A DNA stretch of 64,000 bases from Candidatus Tayloriibacteriota bacterium (GTDB lineage: Bacteria; Patescibacteriota; Minisyncoccia; Phycocordibacterales; PALSA-1337), in assembly GCA_003151615.1 (NCBI GenBank), contig PLXZ01000001.1, positions 3,795-67,794 of the forward strand, in the 5' to 3' direction. The notes beneath the pieces were generated by a model, which did not search any database, had not been told where the DNA came from, and saw only the letters and a list, made by a program, of their open reading frames with translations. Below, piece after piece: positions 9,177 to 19,435 of this stretch (position 1 is its first letter; every line of letters starts with the position of its first letter). The position numbers were made by a program, and so were the translations under genes.

Positions 9177-11135
9177 CTAGAGAGAAGGTGTTCTCCACGC
9201 TGTCTGACCTCGCATGAACGTCGCTGACGACGTACCTGTGAAGCTAGCAGTAGACCAATTGATACCAGTGAGCTGAACAGCATACTGACCTGCAGTTGGA
9301 CCATTTACCAAGAACGAGTAAGTAACTGGAATAGTTACACTCTGGTTCTGAGCAAGAATGAAGTAATTACCGTCTGACGACAATGTTGTATTCGTAGGCT
9401 GTGAATAACCAACCTGTAATCCAGTAAGATTCTGTTGAAGAACTCCGCCGAGATAGACTGCAGCGCTGCTTGTTGCAGTACTTGAGCTACCAAACGCATT
9501 ATTTACAACTGAAGGAAGACCGAACGCTACGCCTTCACCAATAGCAGTAGCATTGATGTTGAATGTTGCTATGTACTTGATTGTTGAAGTTCCAGCAGTT
9601 GTATTGTTCGAAACAACCGTGTTTGTAATCGTAGGTGTTCCAGAAAGAGCAAACACTGGACCCTGACCGAATACATTCTGAGTGTTAGCTATCGCACCGC
9701 CAGAAATAGAAGCATTGCTGTCAATCGATGTGTAAATCGATAGATCTGCGCTTCCTGTTGTAGAAGCAGTGATAATCGCTGGGGATGTAACTGTAGATGT
9801 CAAACCAGAAACATCAACCTTAACCGTGAAAGGAACGGTTGTGTTAACTGGAATAGATGCACCCGGTGTACCATCGCTGATGTTCAAGAATGTAGCAACA
9901 CCACTTGTGTTAACTGAAGCTGAAGAGATAGGTGTTGAACCCTGGTAGAGGTAAGCAGCACCAACTGTTCCGCTTCCGCTGTTAGCAATGTGTACTGTTA
10001 CGCTATGAAGATGAAGCGTATCACCGTTAGCGTTAACATCGAATACCATGACTGGAAGGCCGAGGTACTGACCCTGTGTAGTGTTTGTAACACCAACAGA
10101 ACCTTGAAGAGGGCTCGAACCATCGAGAGATACGTTAGCCTGAGCACTTGTTATTAAGCTCTGACCAATAATCATTGTCTGATTGATACTTAGGTCACCT
10201 CCATAGAGATTGACACCAGCACCATCAACCGCTCGAACACCAAGATTAGCTACACTGACAGTGTAAGCACCCGTACCTGCTGTCGGCGTACCTGTCTGAC
10301 AACCTAAGGTACATCCACTTGTGTACTGAGTATTAATTTGGTTGTAAAGGTTTGCCTCAACAACGAGATCTTTGTATGTTCCCTTTGGAACGATGAAGCT
10401 GAATCCTGCGAGACCTACAACATAGTTAGAACCGTTCTGAACTACTGTTGAATTATTCAAAGGAACAGTCGTGAGGACTGCGCCTGTTGAAGGATCAACG
10501 AGTGAAACAGAGCTGTAAACGAAGTTGTAAACTGCTGTTGAAGAACCGAGAACGAGCTGCATGCTCTGGACTGAAACGTCAGAGTACTGAGCCTGAACGC
10601 GGACATCGAGGATAGGAACATTAGACTGACCGGCATTTGCAACTGAAGTAGAAACTGGACCCTGTGTTACAGAGATGATTCCCTGTACGCCTGGAGTCGT
10701 GATTCCCGTCTGAGTTCCGGTCGTTGTCGTAACTGTCGTTCCTCCCGTGATTGCAGGAGCTGTACATGTCCAACCTGTAGGACATGCGAATCCTGTCGGT
10801 GCCATTGCTGTGCCAGTTACTCCGGCATTCAATTTTGCAACTGTAAGAGGACCTACATATCCTGTGTTAGGAAGACCTACGCTTGTCTGATAAGCAACAA
10901 CTGCTGCCTTTGTGAGGCTACCGAAGTATCCTTCAGCAACGCCTGCTGGCATTGTAAGGAAGCCCTGTGATACCAACCAAGACTGGAGAGCTACAACCTC
11001 TGCACCTGTGCTGCCTACTGAAAGGTAACCAGTGAAAGTGTATCCTGTAGCTGCGTTTGCGCTTCCGATTGTCATCGCGAATGAACCGATGGCAAGAGCT
11101 GAAGCCGCGAGACTTGCGATTAATGCTTTCTTCAT
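9177..11135 (-). CDS. Secreted cell-surface protein with an N-terminal peptidoglycan-binding domain. Paralog of the 1-1416 gene.
   Basis: Signal peptide MKKALIASLAASALAIGSFAMTIGSANA. PG_binding_1-like segment LSVGSTGAEVVALQSWLVSQGF...GYFGSLTKAAVVAYQTSVGL. The ORF extends to 11192, but the MKKAL start at 11135 is the more plausible one. Confidence 0.75.
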   Translation of the reverse strand: MKKALIASLAASALAIGSFAMTIGSANAATGYTFTGYLSVGSTGAEVVALQSWLVSQGFLTMPAGVAEGYFGSLTKAAVVAYQTSVGLPNTGYVGPLTVAKLNAGVTGTAMAPTGFACPTGWTCTAPAITGGTTVTTTTGTQTGITTPGVQGIISVTQGPVSTSVANAGQSNVPILDVRVQAQYSDVSVQSMQLVLGSSTAVYNFVYSSVSLVDPSTGAVLTTVPLNNSTVVQNGSNYVVGLAGFSFIVPKGTYKDLVVEANLYNQINTQYTSGCTLGCQTGTPTAGTGAYTVSVANLGVRAVDGAGVNLYGGDLSINQTMIIGQSLITSAQANVSLDGSSPLQGSVGVTNTTQGQYLGLPVMVFDVNANGDTLHLHSVTVHIANSGSGTVGAAYLYQGSTPISSASVNTSGVATFLNISDGTPGASIPVNTTVPFTVKVDVSGLTSTVTSPAIITASTTGSADLSIYTSIDSNASISGGAIANTQNVFGQGPVFALSGTPTITNTVVSNNTTAGTSTIKYIATFNINATAIGEGVAFGLPSVVNNAFGSSSTATSSAAVYLGGVLQQNLTGLQVGYSQPTNTTLSSDGNYFILAQNQSVTIPVTYSFLVNGPTAGQYAVQLTGINWSTASFTGTSSATFMRGQTAWRTPSL

Positions 11136-11528
11136 AATTATGATTTGATAAATTAATAAAACGAAACTAATAATGTTACTAATAATTTTCAACTATCCTC
11201 CCTGCCCAATTGTTTTCGACGCTGGCCAAGGAAGTTAGCTTGCGAGAGTGAGAACCGAATTCAGCCGTTATCAACCGTGAAGGAAAAAGGCGTGGCGGAA
11301 TGATATGACCTAATGGAATCTATTGAGTTGTCAAAGTTCGGGCAAATACCGAATATGGCCATTATACCCTTGCCATAAAATCGGTGCAAAAAGCCCAATG
11401 TGGATAACTCTGGGCCTTATGGCGTTTAATACTATACTAAGGCCATATTTATGTCAATTTCAGGCCCTTACCAGGCTCTACCTGCAGGTACAGACGTATA
11501 AATGAGGGAATTTTGACAAATGGCGGCT

Positions 11529-12302
11529 CTATTTGAGCGAGTAGGTACTCCAACGCCGCTCCCCTTCTTTTTTCACTATTCCCTTATCAACAAGATCCAA
11601 AAGTTCCCGCTGTATGGTTTTTTCACTGCATCCGCTGATGGCTTTCGCAAAGTCCTTTATAGTGAGGTTCGACTGCTTCTTGAGAAGTTCTATGATAGCA
11701 GTCTTTCGACTGTCCTTTTTGTCCTTTACGGCAATTTTTGGCTTCAACTCTGTTTTATCTTTCCTAGTGCTTTTATCTGATTGATTTGGACGATCATTTG
11801 TCCTTGAAAAAAGAGAACGGTCCTGAGAAGGTATTTCATCTGTCCTTGAAGATTCTGTCTTAAAAAATGAATCGGACAAAACATAACCGGCGCGGGCTGC
11901 GTCTTCAAAGACTTTTGTTTTCAACAACATCACCACCCCTTCTATTTCATCCTTCAAAACCGAGTGATTCATTTCAGAAACAAGTCCGGCAACATGCGCT
12001 ACCCTCAAAAGAGAAAGGGTTTCCAGGGAGGCCGAAAAAAAAGTGTGAATGTCGGTATTTCGATCGCGCGGTTCAATACCGTTCATCGACAATGCCGAGG
12101 ACAAAAGACTGATGCCTTTTTCACGCAACTCCCATTTGATCGGTTCCGTGTCCTTTATAAGGCTGGAGACGAGGTAGAGAGCTGAAGTTATTTTTTCAGT
12201 CTTTTTGAATGTAAAAGCCAGGTGGCCTTCGCCGTTAAAGAAACCTATGGATTTCCATATATTATTAGCCTCGTTATTAGGTTGTCCTATATCGTTATTC
12301 AT
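11529..12302 (-). CDS. Hypothetical protein with a C-terminal winged-helix DNA-binding domain.
   Basis: C-terminus TIKDFAKAISGCSEKTIQRELLDLVDKGIVKKEGERRWSTYSL is HTH-like. The N-terminal 150 aa are unassigned. Confidence 0.5.
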   Translation of the reverse strand: MNNDIGQPNNEANNIWKSIGFFNGEGHLAFTFKKTEKITSALYLVSSLIKDTEPIKWELREKGISLLSSALSMNGIEPRDRNTDIHTFFSASLETLSLLRVAHVAGLVSEMNHSVLKDEIEGVVMLLKTKVFEDAARAGYVLSDSFFKTESSRTDEIPSQDRSLFSRTNDRPNQSDKSTRKDKTELKPKIAVKDKKDSRKTAIIELLKKQSNLTIKDFAKAISGCSEKTIQRELLDLVDKGIVKKEGERRWSTYSLK

Positions 12303-12424
12303 AATGTCTTTTACAAAAAATACCCGAAAATTCCTAAAGGACGATAAAAAATATTATGTCCATTATATAGGGAGTGTCGCCTAAAAGTAAAGCTTCACGC
12401 CATTTATGATATGATTATCGAATC

Positions 12425-14728
12425 ATGGCAAGAAACAAGGAAAAGAACAAAGACGCGCCCGAAAAGAAGAAACAAAAAAGCCTCTGGGGGGATGTAAAGA
12501 CGGAAACCGTGCAGGCGGTCCTCGCCATCATTTCATTCATTATCGCATTGCTCGCAATACTGGCATCCATCAAAAGCGCAGGGCCGGTTGGCGCAATTGT
12601 ATACGCCGGTTTGGATGCCCTGCTCGGAGTCGGATATTTTCTTTTGCCTATCCTTTTCCTGATGCTCGGCGGATCCTTTTTGCGCGGCCTCGAGAGGCGT
12701 TTTCAGATCTCAAAAACACTCGGTTCGCTTCTCTTTTTTATTTCAGCGCTCGGCCTCATCAATATGTTCCCGGGCGGACACGGCGGCATACTCGGACACT
12801 TCATATCTGCGCCTTTGGTTCACCTGTTCGGACCATACGCGACTGCCGTCCTTCTTGTTGCGGGCGTGGCAATTTCGATATTGATTATTTTTGAAACGCA
12901 TTTCACTCTTGAGAGCCTGATGTTCTGGAAACGATTCGGGACGGAAGAAAAAACTTCAAAAAAACCGGCCGAGCTTTCCGCGAAAGAGGAAGCGGCAATG
13001 GATGACGCCGTCGAAGGTGCCGCATTGGCCGCCGCAATTGAGGAAAAGAAAAAGACAGACGCGGAGAAATTTGCTAAGGAAAAAGACAATACAAAAAAGC
13101 CGCCGGAGAGGAAACCTCAGCAACCGGCACTCACCCAATCCGAAGACGACGGTTTTGTCCCGGCCGGCATTGCCAGACCTCGCCGCGAAACGGCAAGCGG
13201 CAAACCTTTCGTCCCTCCCCCGCTTGTGCTTCTTGAAAAGGACAGCGGCAAACCGGAAACCGGCGACATAAAAGCCAACGCAAACATAATCAAGCGCACA
13301 CTCCAAAACTTCGGCATCAATGTCGAAATGGATGAGATTTCAATTGGGCCGTCGGTAACGCGGTATGCATTGAAACCGGCGGAAGGCGTAAAGCTTTCGA
13401 AAATCGTCGCTCTTAATAATGACCTTGCTCTCGCATTGGCGGCCCACCCTATCCGCATTGAGGCTCCAATTCCCGGCAAATCGCTCGTCGGTATCGAAAT
13501 TCCAAACTCAACGAAGACGACGGTTGGTCTGGCGACATTGCTTGGCTCCGAAGAATACCAGAAGTCGGATAAACCCCTTCTCGTTTCGCTCGGCAAAGGA
13601 GTCACCGGCAAGTCATACTTCGCAAACCTGGCGAAAGCTCCCCACATGCTGATTGCCGGCGCTACCGGTTCGGGAAAATCGGTCACCATTCACGCAGTCA
13701 TCAATTCCCTGCTTTTCAGAAACTCTCCTGAAAACCTGAAATTCATCATGATCGACCCAAAACGCGTCGAATTAACCCTTTACAACAACATTCCTCACCT
13801 TCTGACGCCTGTCATTACCGACCCAAAGAAAGCCATTCTTGCATTGAAATGGGCCGCGAAGGAAATGAGCCGACGATACGACATATTGGAACAAAGCAAG
13901 GTGCGCGATATTGATTCGTACCATAAGGCTGCTTTAGCGGCAGTTGCAAAGGGAGCAAAGACAGATGACATTCCTGAAACAATGCCATATATAGTGGTGA
14001 TTATTGATGAGCTGGCCGATATCATGCAAACATACCCGCGCGAGTTGGAAAGCGCCATCGTGCGCCTCGCCCAAATGAGCCGTGCAATCGGCATACACCT
14101 TATTATCTCCACGCAGAGGCCGTCGGTGAATGTCATCACGGGTCTCATCAAAGCGAACATCCCTACCCGCGTCGCATTGCAGGTGTCCTCGCAAATTGAT
14201 TCACGCACCATTTTGGACGCTCCGGGCGCCGAAAAACTTCTGGGAGCCGGAGACATGCTCTATTTGGGCGGCGAAATGGCAAAACCTGCCCGCCTTCAGT
14301 CTGCCTTCATTTCGGAAAGCGAAGTCAAGAAAGTGGTCAAATATCTTGTTGCGGAATACAAGGACGAGGTCATGGGCGAAATCAATCTGACGAATTCGAA
14401 TGGACCGCAGGGTGCGGGTGCTCCGGGTGAATTGGCGCGTGACGCTATATTTTCAGCCGATGTCGGAAGCGATGATGACATGAACGAGGAAGACGACATG
14501 TATGATGCGGCGAAAGAGGCTGTCATATCGGCCGGGAAGGCTTCGACCTCATATATTCAGCGAAAGCTTGGCGTTGGATACTCGCGTGCCGCAAAACTGA
14601 TGGACATGCTTGAAGAAAAAGGTGTTATCGGACCGGCAAACGGTTCGAAGCCGCGGGAAGTAATGGGCGGAAGCGATACCGCAGGAGCCGCTCCGGAAGC
14701 TGCTGAACAAAAAGAGCCGAACCTATAG
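12425..14728 (+). CDS. ftsK: DNA translocase FtsK/SpoIIIE.
   Basis: N-terminal TM helices, Walker A motif AGATGSGKS, and a C-terminal gamma (winged-helix) domain ASTSYIQRKLGVGYSRAAKLMDMLEEKGVIGP. Confidence 0.92.
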   Translation: MARNKEKNKDAPEKKKQKSLWGDVKTETVQAVLAIISFIIALLAILASIKSAGPVGAIVYAGLDALLGVGYFLLPILFLMLGGSFLRGLERRFQISKTLGSLLFFISALGLINMFPGGHGGILGHFISAPLVHLFGPYATAVLLVAGVAISILIIFETHFTLESLMFWKRFGTEEKTSKKPAELSAKEEAAMDDAVEGAALAAAIEEKKKTDAEKFAKEKDNTKKPPERKPQQPALTQSEDDGFVPAGIARPRRETASGKPFVPPPLVLLEKDSGKPETGDIKANANIIKRTLQNFGINVEMDEISIGPSVTRYALKPAEGVKLSKIVALNNDLALALAAHPIRIEAPIPGKSLVGIEIPNSTKTTVGLATLLGSEEYQKSDKPLLVSLGKGVTGKSYFANLAKAPHMLIAGATGSGKSVTIHAVINSLLFRNSPENLKFIMIDPKRVELTLYNNIPHLLTPVITDPKKAILALKWAAKEMSRRYDILEQSKVRDIDSYHKAALAAVAKGAKTDDIPETMPYIVVIIDELADIMQTYPRELESAIVRLAQMSRAIGIHLIISTQRPSVNVITGLIKANIPTRVALQVSSQIDSRTILDAPGAEKLLGAGDMLYLGGEMAKPARLQSAFISESEVKKVVKYLVAEYKDEVMGEINLTNSNGPQGAGAPGELARDAIFSADVGSDDDMNEEDDMYDAAKEAVISAGKASTSYIQRKLGVGYSRAAKLMDMLEEKGVIGPANGSKPREVMGGSDTAGAAPEAAEQKEPNL

Positions 14729-14734
14729 TATTGT

Positions 14735-15124
14735 ATGAACATGACCCGGGAAACGACAAAGCGCGCAATCACCATAGGAACAATTATTTTTGTCATCCTG
14801 GTTATTATCGGATATGCATATATTACATCCCATAGCCTCATAAGCGGACCGAGCATTGTCGTAACAAATATTTCCGGCACGGCTGCGCCGGCTCCAGTAA
14901 AAGGCGTTATTTACGGATCATTCGCAACATCGACCGTAACGATAACGGGAGTTGCGTTGCGAATACAGTCAATAAGCCTTAACGGATCCCCTATCGAAAT
15001 CGACGAGGCTGGTAACTTCTCCCAGATAATAGCGCTCTTTCCTGGTTTCAACGCCGAGACGCTGATTGGAAAGGATGCTTTTGGCCATACAACGCAGGTT
15101 GAACTTGACCTAAACCGAGAATAG
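14735..15124 (+). CDS. Small membrane-anchored hypothetical protein.
   Basis: 129-aa ORF. It has a TM helix IGTIIFVILVIIGYAYI followed by a beta-rich domain. It lies 7 nt after the ftsK stop. Confidence 0.45.
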   Translation: MNMTRETTKRAITIGTIIFVILVIIGYAYITSHSLISGPSIVVTNISGTAAPAPVKGVIYGSFATSTVTITGVALRIQSISLNGSPIEIDEAGNFSQIIALFPGFNAETLIGKDAFGHTTQVELDLNRE

Positions 15125-15259
15125 TTTTCGAGCACTTAATTTATCGAAATTTTAGAACTTTTTTAGAGGAATTTCATAACCGTTTGTTAGAATAGTCAGG
15201 TGAACGAATTGCCCAAATCGGGTGTAATAGTATATAATTAGCAGATAAAAAATAAATAC

Positions 15260-16369
15260 ATGGCCAAAAAAACAAACAAAAAATTTCCAGAAGCCCCAAA
15301 GGAAACCGTCTCGGCGAAAGTAGCGAGCATCGCCCCGCCGCGCGCGCCATCGGGACGCGAAGCCAAAAAAGACGATAACCGAAAGGATCCTTCAGTAAAT
15401 ATAAAAGATACTTTGGATGCCATCCGAATGAAATTCGGTGACGATTCAATTATGAAGCTCGGTGAGAAACCAAAGGTCAACGTCAATGCGATTCCAACGG
15501 GATCTATCGGCCTGGACGCGGCACTCGGTGTCGGCGGTATTCCCCGCGGCCGCATCATTGAAATCTTCGGTCCTGAATCATCGGGCAAAACTACACTTTC
15601 GCTCCATATAATTGCCGAAGCTCAAAAAACAAACGGCATTTGCGCTTTTATTGACGCCGAACACGCAATGGATCCGGAATATGCGAAACGAATCGGAGTG
15701 CGTACCGACGAACTTCTCATTTCACAGCCTGATACTGGAGAGCAAGCCTTGGAAATTGTTGAATCGCTCGTCCGATCCGGCAAAATGGACGTTATTGTTA
15801 TCGACTCTGTCGCGGCGTTGACGCCAAAAGACGAAATCGAAGGTGATATGGGTGCCCATCACGTCGGCAAGCAGGCTCGTCTGATGTCCCAGGCTCTCCG
15901 CAAACTCACAGCCATCGTGGCAAAGAGCAAAACCGTGGTTATTTTCATCAACCAAATCCGCATGCAGATTGGAGTCATGTTCGGAAATCCGGAAACAACG
16001 CCGGGAGGAAAAGCTCTCAAATTCTACACATCCGTACGTCTCGACATCCGTCGCATCGCCCAAATTAAAAAAGGCGAAGAAGTCATGGGTGGCCGCGTCC
16101 GCGTAAAGGTGGTAAAAAACAAAGTCGCCGCTCCTTTCCGTCAGACGGAATTCGATCTCATGTACAACGAAGGCATTTCACAGGAAGGCGAAATCATCGC
16201 ACTCGGCGAAAAAATGGAACTTATCAAAAAATCGGGTAACTCATACGAATACGGCAGCACGAAACTCGGCAGAGGTTACGATGCGACGCGGCAGTTTTTG
16301 AAGGAAAATGAACCGATACGCGAGGAAATTCTCGCAAAGATCCGTGAAAAACTGAGTGAGGGTCTCTAG
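15260..16369 (+). CDS. recA: Recombinase RecA, with a ~35-aa Lys-rich N-terminal extension.
   Basis: Walker A motif [13 protein letters not shown] and near full-length RecA core conservation ([16 protein letters not shown]). Confidence 0.95.
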   Translation: MAKKTNKKFPEAPKETVSAKVASIAPPRAPSGREAKKDDNRKDPSVNIKDTLDAIRMKFGDDSIMKLGEKPKVNVNAIPTGSIGLDAALGVGGIPRGRIIEIFGPESSGKTTLSLHIIAEAQKTNGICAFIDAEHAMDPEYAKRIGVRTDELLISQPDTGEQALEIVESLVRSGKMDVIVIDSVAALTPKDEIEGDMGAHHVGKQARLMSQALRKLTAIVAKSKTVVIFINQIRMQIGVMFGNPETTPGGKALKFYTSVRLDIRRIAQIKKGEEVMGGRVRVKVVKNKVAAPFRQTEFDLMYNEGISQEGEIIALGEKMELIKKSGNSYEYGSTKLGRGYDATRQFLKENEPIREEILAKIREKLSEGL

Positions 16370-16435
16370 TCCTCTTTTGGCCAAAATAGGCCTAAAGTTG
16401 CGTCTTTTCCGGACTTCGTATAGAATGTCCCCACT

Positions 16436-17008
16436 ATGGCAATGCTTGAATATAACGAAGTTGTTGAGCGAAAGTTTATCGTAATGGACGGACAACCGTA
16501 CGAAGTTCTCGCTTCGCATGTTTTCCGCAAACAGCAGCGAAAACCGGTCAATGCGACGAAGCTGAAAAACCTCATCACAGGCAAAGTTACTGAATATTCC
16601 TTTCACCAGTCCGAAAAAGTGGTCCAGGCCGAGATTGAAAGCCGCGAGGTTAAATATCTATACAATAACCGCGGCGAATACTGGTTCTGCGAAGTGAGCG
16701 ACCCGAGCAAGCGTTTCTCCGTCACTGGGGAAAATATCGGACCTCAGGCAAAATATTTGAAGACAAATGCAGTTGTCACGCAGTTGACATTCGATGAAAA
16801 ACCGATGGGCTTTAAATTGCCGATCACGGTTGATCTCAAAGTGACCGAAGCTCCGCCGAACGTAAAAGGCGACAGCGCCACTTCAGGCGGAAAAGTTGTC
16901 GTCCTTGAAACTGGTGCGACAATAACAGCCCCCCTCTTCGTCAATGTGGGCGATGTCATTCGCATCAACACAGAAACTGACGAGTATCGAGAACGCGTGG
17001 GCAAGTAG
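16436..17008 (+). CDS. efp: Elongation factor P.
   Basis: 190 aa with EF-P domain order and blocks (GKVTEYSF..., KGDSATSGGKVVVLETGA...PLFVNVGDVIRINTETDEYRERV). The modification-loop region is non-canonical (FRKQQRKPVNAT instead of KPGKGQAFA). Confidence 0.85.
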   Translation: MAMLEYNEVVERKFIVMDGQPYEVLASHVFRKQQRKPVNATKLKNLITGKVTEYSFHQSEKVVQAEIESREVKYLYNNRGEYWFCEVSDPSKRFSVTGENIGPQAKYLKTNAVVTQLTFDEKPMGFKLPITVDLKVTEAPPNVKGDSATSGGKVVVLETGATITAPLFVNVGDVIRINTETDEYRERVGK

Positions 17009-17044
17009 CACAAAAAAACCGCAGATGCGGTTTTTTTGTTGTGA

Positions 17045-17245
17045 CTATCTCGCGACGAACGGCAAGAGACCGATATAACGAGCGCGCTTGACTGCTTCTG
17101 CGAGCTGGCGCTGGCTTTTTGCGGAAACGCCCGTCTTCTTGCGGCTGATCATGCGGGCATGGGGATTGAGAAATTTCTTGAGGATTTCTGTATCCTTGTA
17201 GTCGATGTGCTTTATATTGTTTTCAGAAAAGTAACACTGTTTCAT
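17045..17245 (-). CDS. rpsR: 30S ribosomal protein S18.
   Basis: KKTGVSAKSQRQLAEAVKRARYIGLLPF is the S18 signature. Confidence 0.92.
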   Translation of the reverse strand: MKQCYFSENNIKHIDYKDTEILKKFLNPHARMISRKKTGVSAKSQRQLAEAVKRARYIGLLPFVAR

Positions 17246-17311
17246 TTTTTTATATTTTGTAATTGATTTTGCTAATTTGTTTGATTTTTTTTCGAACGAT
17301 TTGGCGTTTAA

Positions 17312-17833
17312 CTAGAACGGGATGTCGTCGGGATTTATTTCTTCTTCGGGATACGCGATGGCATCCGCCGGAGGAACATCCTTGTCGGACGGAGCGTTGT
17401 CGAACTTTGTCGCGCCGTCGGCACCGCCGAACGAGCCTGCTGAAGCGCTGTTGGCGCCTGCCCCTGACGGACCTCCGCCCACTCCTGATCCCGCGCCCGC
17501 ACCGCCTGCGCGATTGCCGAACTGGACGCGGTCAGCAACGATTTCAGTGCGGTATTTCTTGGTACCGTCCTGAGCGTCCCATGACCGGGTCTGCATGCGG
17601 CCTTCGACGAGGGCACTGGAACCTTTTTTGAGGTACTGCGCCGTTGTTTCCGCCTGGCGGCCGAAAACGACGATATTGTGATAATCGGCGCTTTCCTGGC
17701 GAGCACCGTTTTTATCCTTCCAGACACGATTTGTGGCAAGGCTGAAGGTGCAAACCTTTATACCCGAGGGAAGAGCCCGCATTTCCGGATCCCGTGTCAG
17801 ATTCCCTATGACTAATGCTTTGTTTAGATACAT
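17312..17833 (-). CDS. ssb: Single-stranded DNA-binding protein.
   Basis: OB-fold N-terminus (LNKALVIGNLTRDPEMR), a Gly-rich linker, and an acidic C-terminal tip DDIPF. Confidence 0.92.
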   Translation of the reverse strand: MYLNKALVIGNLTRDPEMRALPSGIKVCTFSLATNRVWKDKNGARQESADYHNIVVFGRQAETTAQYLKKGSSALVEGRMQTRSWDAQDGTKKYRTEIVADRVQFGNRAGGAGAGSGVGGGPSGAGANSASAGSFGGADGATKFDNAPSDKDVPPADAIAYPEEEINPDDIPF

Positions 17834-17878
17834 ATGTATATTGTATTAAACTGATAATGCCTCGGAAACAGCCATGCG

Positions 17879-18412
17879 CTACGCCCCCTTTACCATCGCG
17901 TCGATGCTCTTGTCCATGTCCTCCACGTTCGCGGCTGCAACGACTACGGGTTCGCCTGATTTTTCAATCGCGGCATCCACGGCCGGAACAGGAGCCGCGC
18001 CTTCCGGAGCGATCATTCCCATATCCCGTGCGGCAACCGTAAACGTAGGCGCGCGCTTGCCGAGATACGTGTTTTCCTTTACGGTCGTCACGAGAATGTG
18101 ACGGAGAATATTTTCTGTCGCATCAAGTGACTTTTTGACTGATTCGATTGCCTTCGAAGGAAGTTCGAACTTTACCCATCCGAAATACGCCTCATCGAAG
18201 CGCTGATACGAACCGTTGATTTTCTTTGTCATCTGATACGCGAGCGTAATGAGCTCGGGATTTTCTTCACCGATGATAACTGCGCCGGCTTTCGCGAGCA
18301 CATCTTTCAAAGAAGCCGTTTCAGCGGCCACTTTTTCCTTCGGAATCGAGGACAGAAACAGATAGCCTATTTCATATACCTTAACCCCTTCTTCATGAGT
18401 ATTATTTTGCAT
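17879..18412 (-). CDS. rpsF: 30S ribosomal protein S6 with a C-terminal extension.
   Basis: VYEIGYLF...LAYQMTKKINGSYQRF...ILRHILV is an S6-like pattern, and the rpsF-ssb-rpsR order is conserved synteny. Confidence 0.8.
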   Translation of the reverse strand: MQNNTHEEGVKVYEIGYLFLSSIPKEKVAAETASLKDVLAKAGAVIIGEENPELITLAYQMTKKINGSYQRFDEAYFGWVKFELPSKAIESVKKSLDATENILRHILVTTVKENTYLGKRAPTFTVAARDMGMIAPEGAAPVPAVDAAIEKSGEPVVVAAANVEDMDKSIDAMVKGA

Positions 18413-18628
18413 AATAAGTGGTGAACAGTAATCCGCCCAAATAGCGGAGCGAGGCAGTGCGAGCCTGGACTGGTCACGTAATTAATTAATAAGTTGCACT
18501 CACTAGAAACTATCATATATGTTCCCGAGGCGCAAGGCGTGGGCTTTTTATGGCCCTCATACCCTGCCATTCCACTATACGGCCTGGATGATAGAGAAAC
18601 ACATAAGATTTCCTAAAATTTTGATAAA

Positions 18629-19435
18629 TTAAACGCTGAAAAACTTTTTTGCGTTTTTGACAAGGGCTGAGAGGATAACTGAAGGGTCTTCGCCTTCCTT
18701 TTGGCGAATTTTAGCTATTTTCTTGGCCACTTCTATGACATATGCCGGTTCATTACGCTTGCCGCGATGCGGTGTTGGTGAGACAAACGGAGCATCAGTT
18801 TCGGACATAATCCGGTCAAGCGGAACCGTTTTGACGAGTTCATCGTAATCACGGACAAAAGTAATGACGCCGGTAAATGAAACGCTCCCTCCGGCATCAA
18901 TGATATTTTTCAAATCAACCGCTGTTCCCGCGAAAAAATGAAAATCAAAAGGGACTTTGGCATGTTCCCTCAAAATTGCAACTGCTTCTTCGTAGGCATT
19001 TCCGGTGGCTCCGGCAATGCCGGTTTTTTTGGCATTGCGCACGTGGAGCATAAGAGGTTTTTTGACTTCGTTGGCGAGCTTGATGTGTTGTATGAAAATT
19101 TCGCGCTGGCGGCCGGCGTCAAAGGGCGCATGAAAATAATCCAGACCGCATTCGCCGATGGCGACGACTTTCGGATGAAGCGCGAGCTTTTTGAAGGCGT
19201 CATAATCAAAAATAGCGCCGATATTCGATTCATTTGCGTCGACCGGGTGCAATCCAACCACAGCCCACATGTTTTCGTGTTTCTCGGCAAGAGCGATGGC
19301 TTTGGTCGAAGATTCGAGGTCGGTGCCGACTGTGATTACGCCGACATCGGCATCGCGTGCGCGGGAAATCGCTTCTTCCCTATCGGCATCATAATCTGGA
19401 AAATAAACGTGGCTGTGGATGTCTATGTATTTCAT
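18629..19435 (-). CDS. tatD: TatD-family metal-dependent DNase/hydrolase.
   Basis: IDIHSHVYF...GECGLDYF...SETDAPF are TatD motifs. The stop/start overlaps metG by 1 nt. Confidence 0.88.
   Translation of the reverse strand: MKYIDIHSHVYFPDYDADREEAISRARDADVGVITVGTDLESSTKAIALAEKHENMWAVVGLHPVDANESNIGAIFDYDAFKKLALHPKVVAIGECGLDYFHAPFDAGRQREIFIQHIKLANEVKKPLMLHVRNAKKTGIAGATGNAYEEAVAILREHAKVPFDFHFFAGTAVDLKNIIDAGGSVSFTGVITFVRDYDELVKTVPLDRIMSETDAPFVSPTPHRGKRNEPAYVIEVAKKIAKIRQKEGEDPSVILSALVKNAKKFFSV

Noticed and set aside
18413-18628. GC-rich patch (gcggagcgaggcagtgcgagcctggactggtc) in the tatD-rpsF intergenic region, considered as a possible small RNA (SRP/6S-like).
   Set aside because: I could not fold it into a recognisable conserved structure by eye. 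It is probably a promoter/terminator region.
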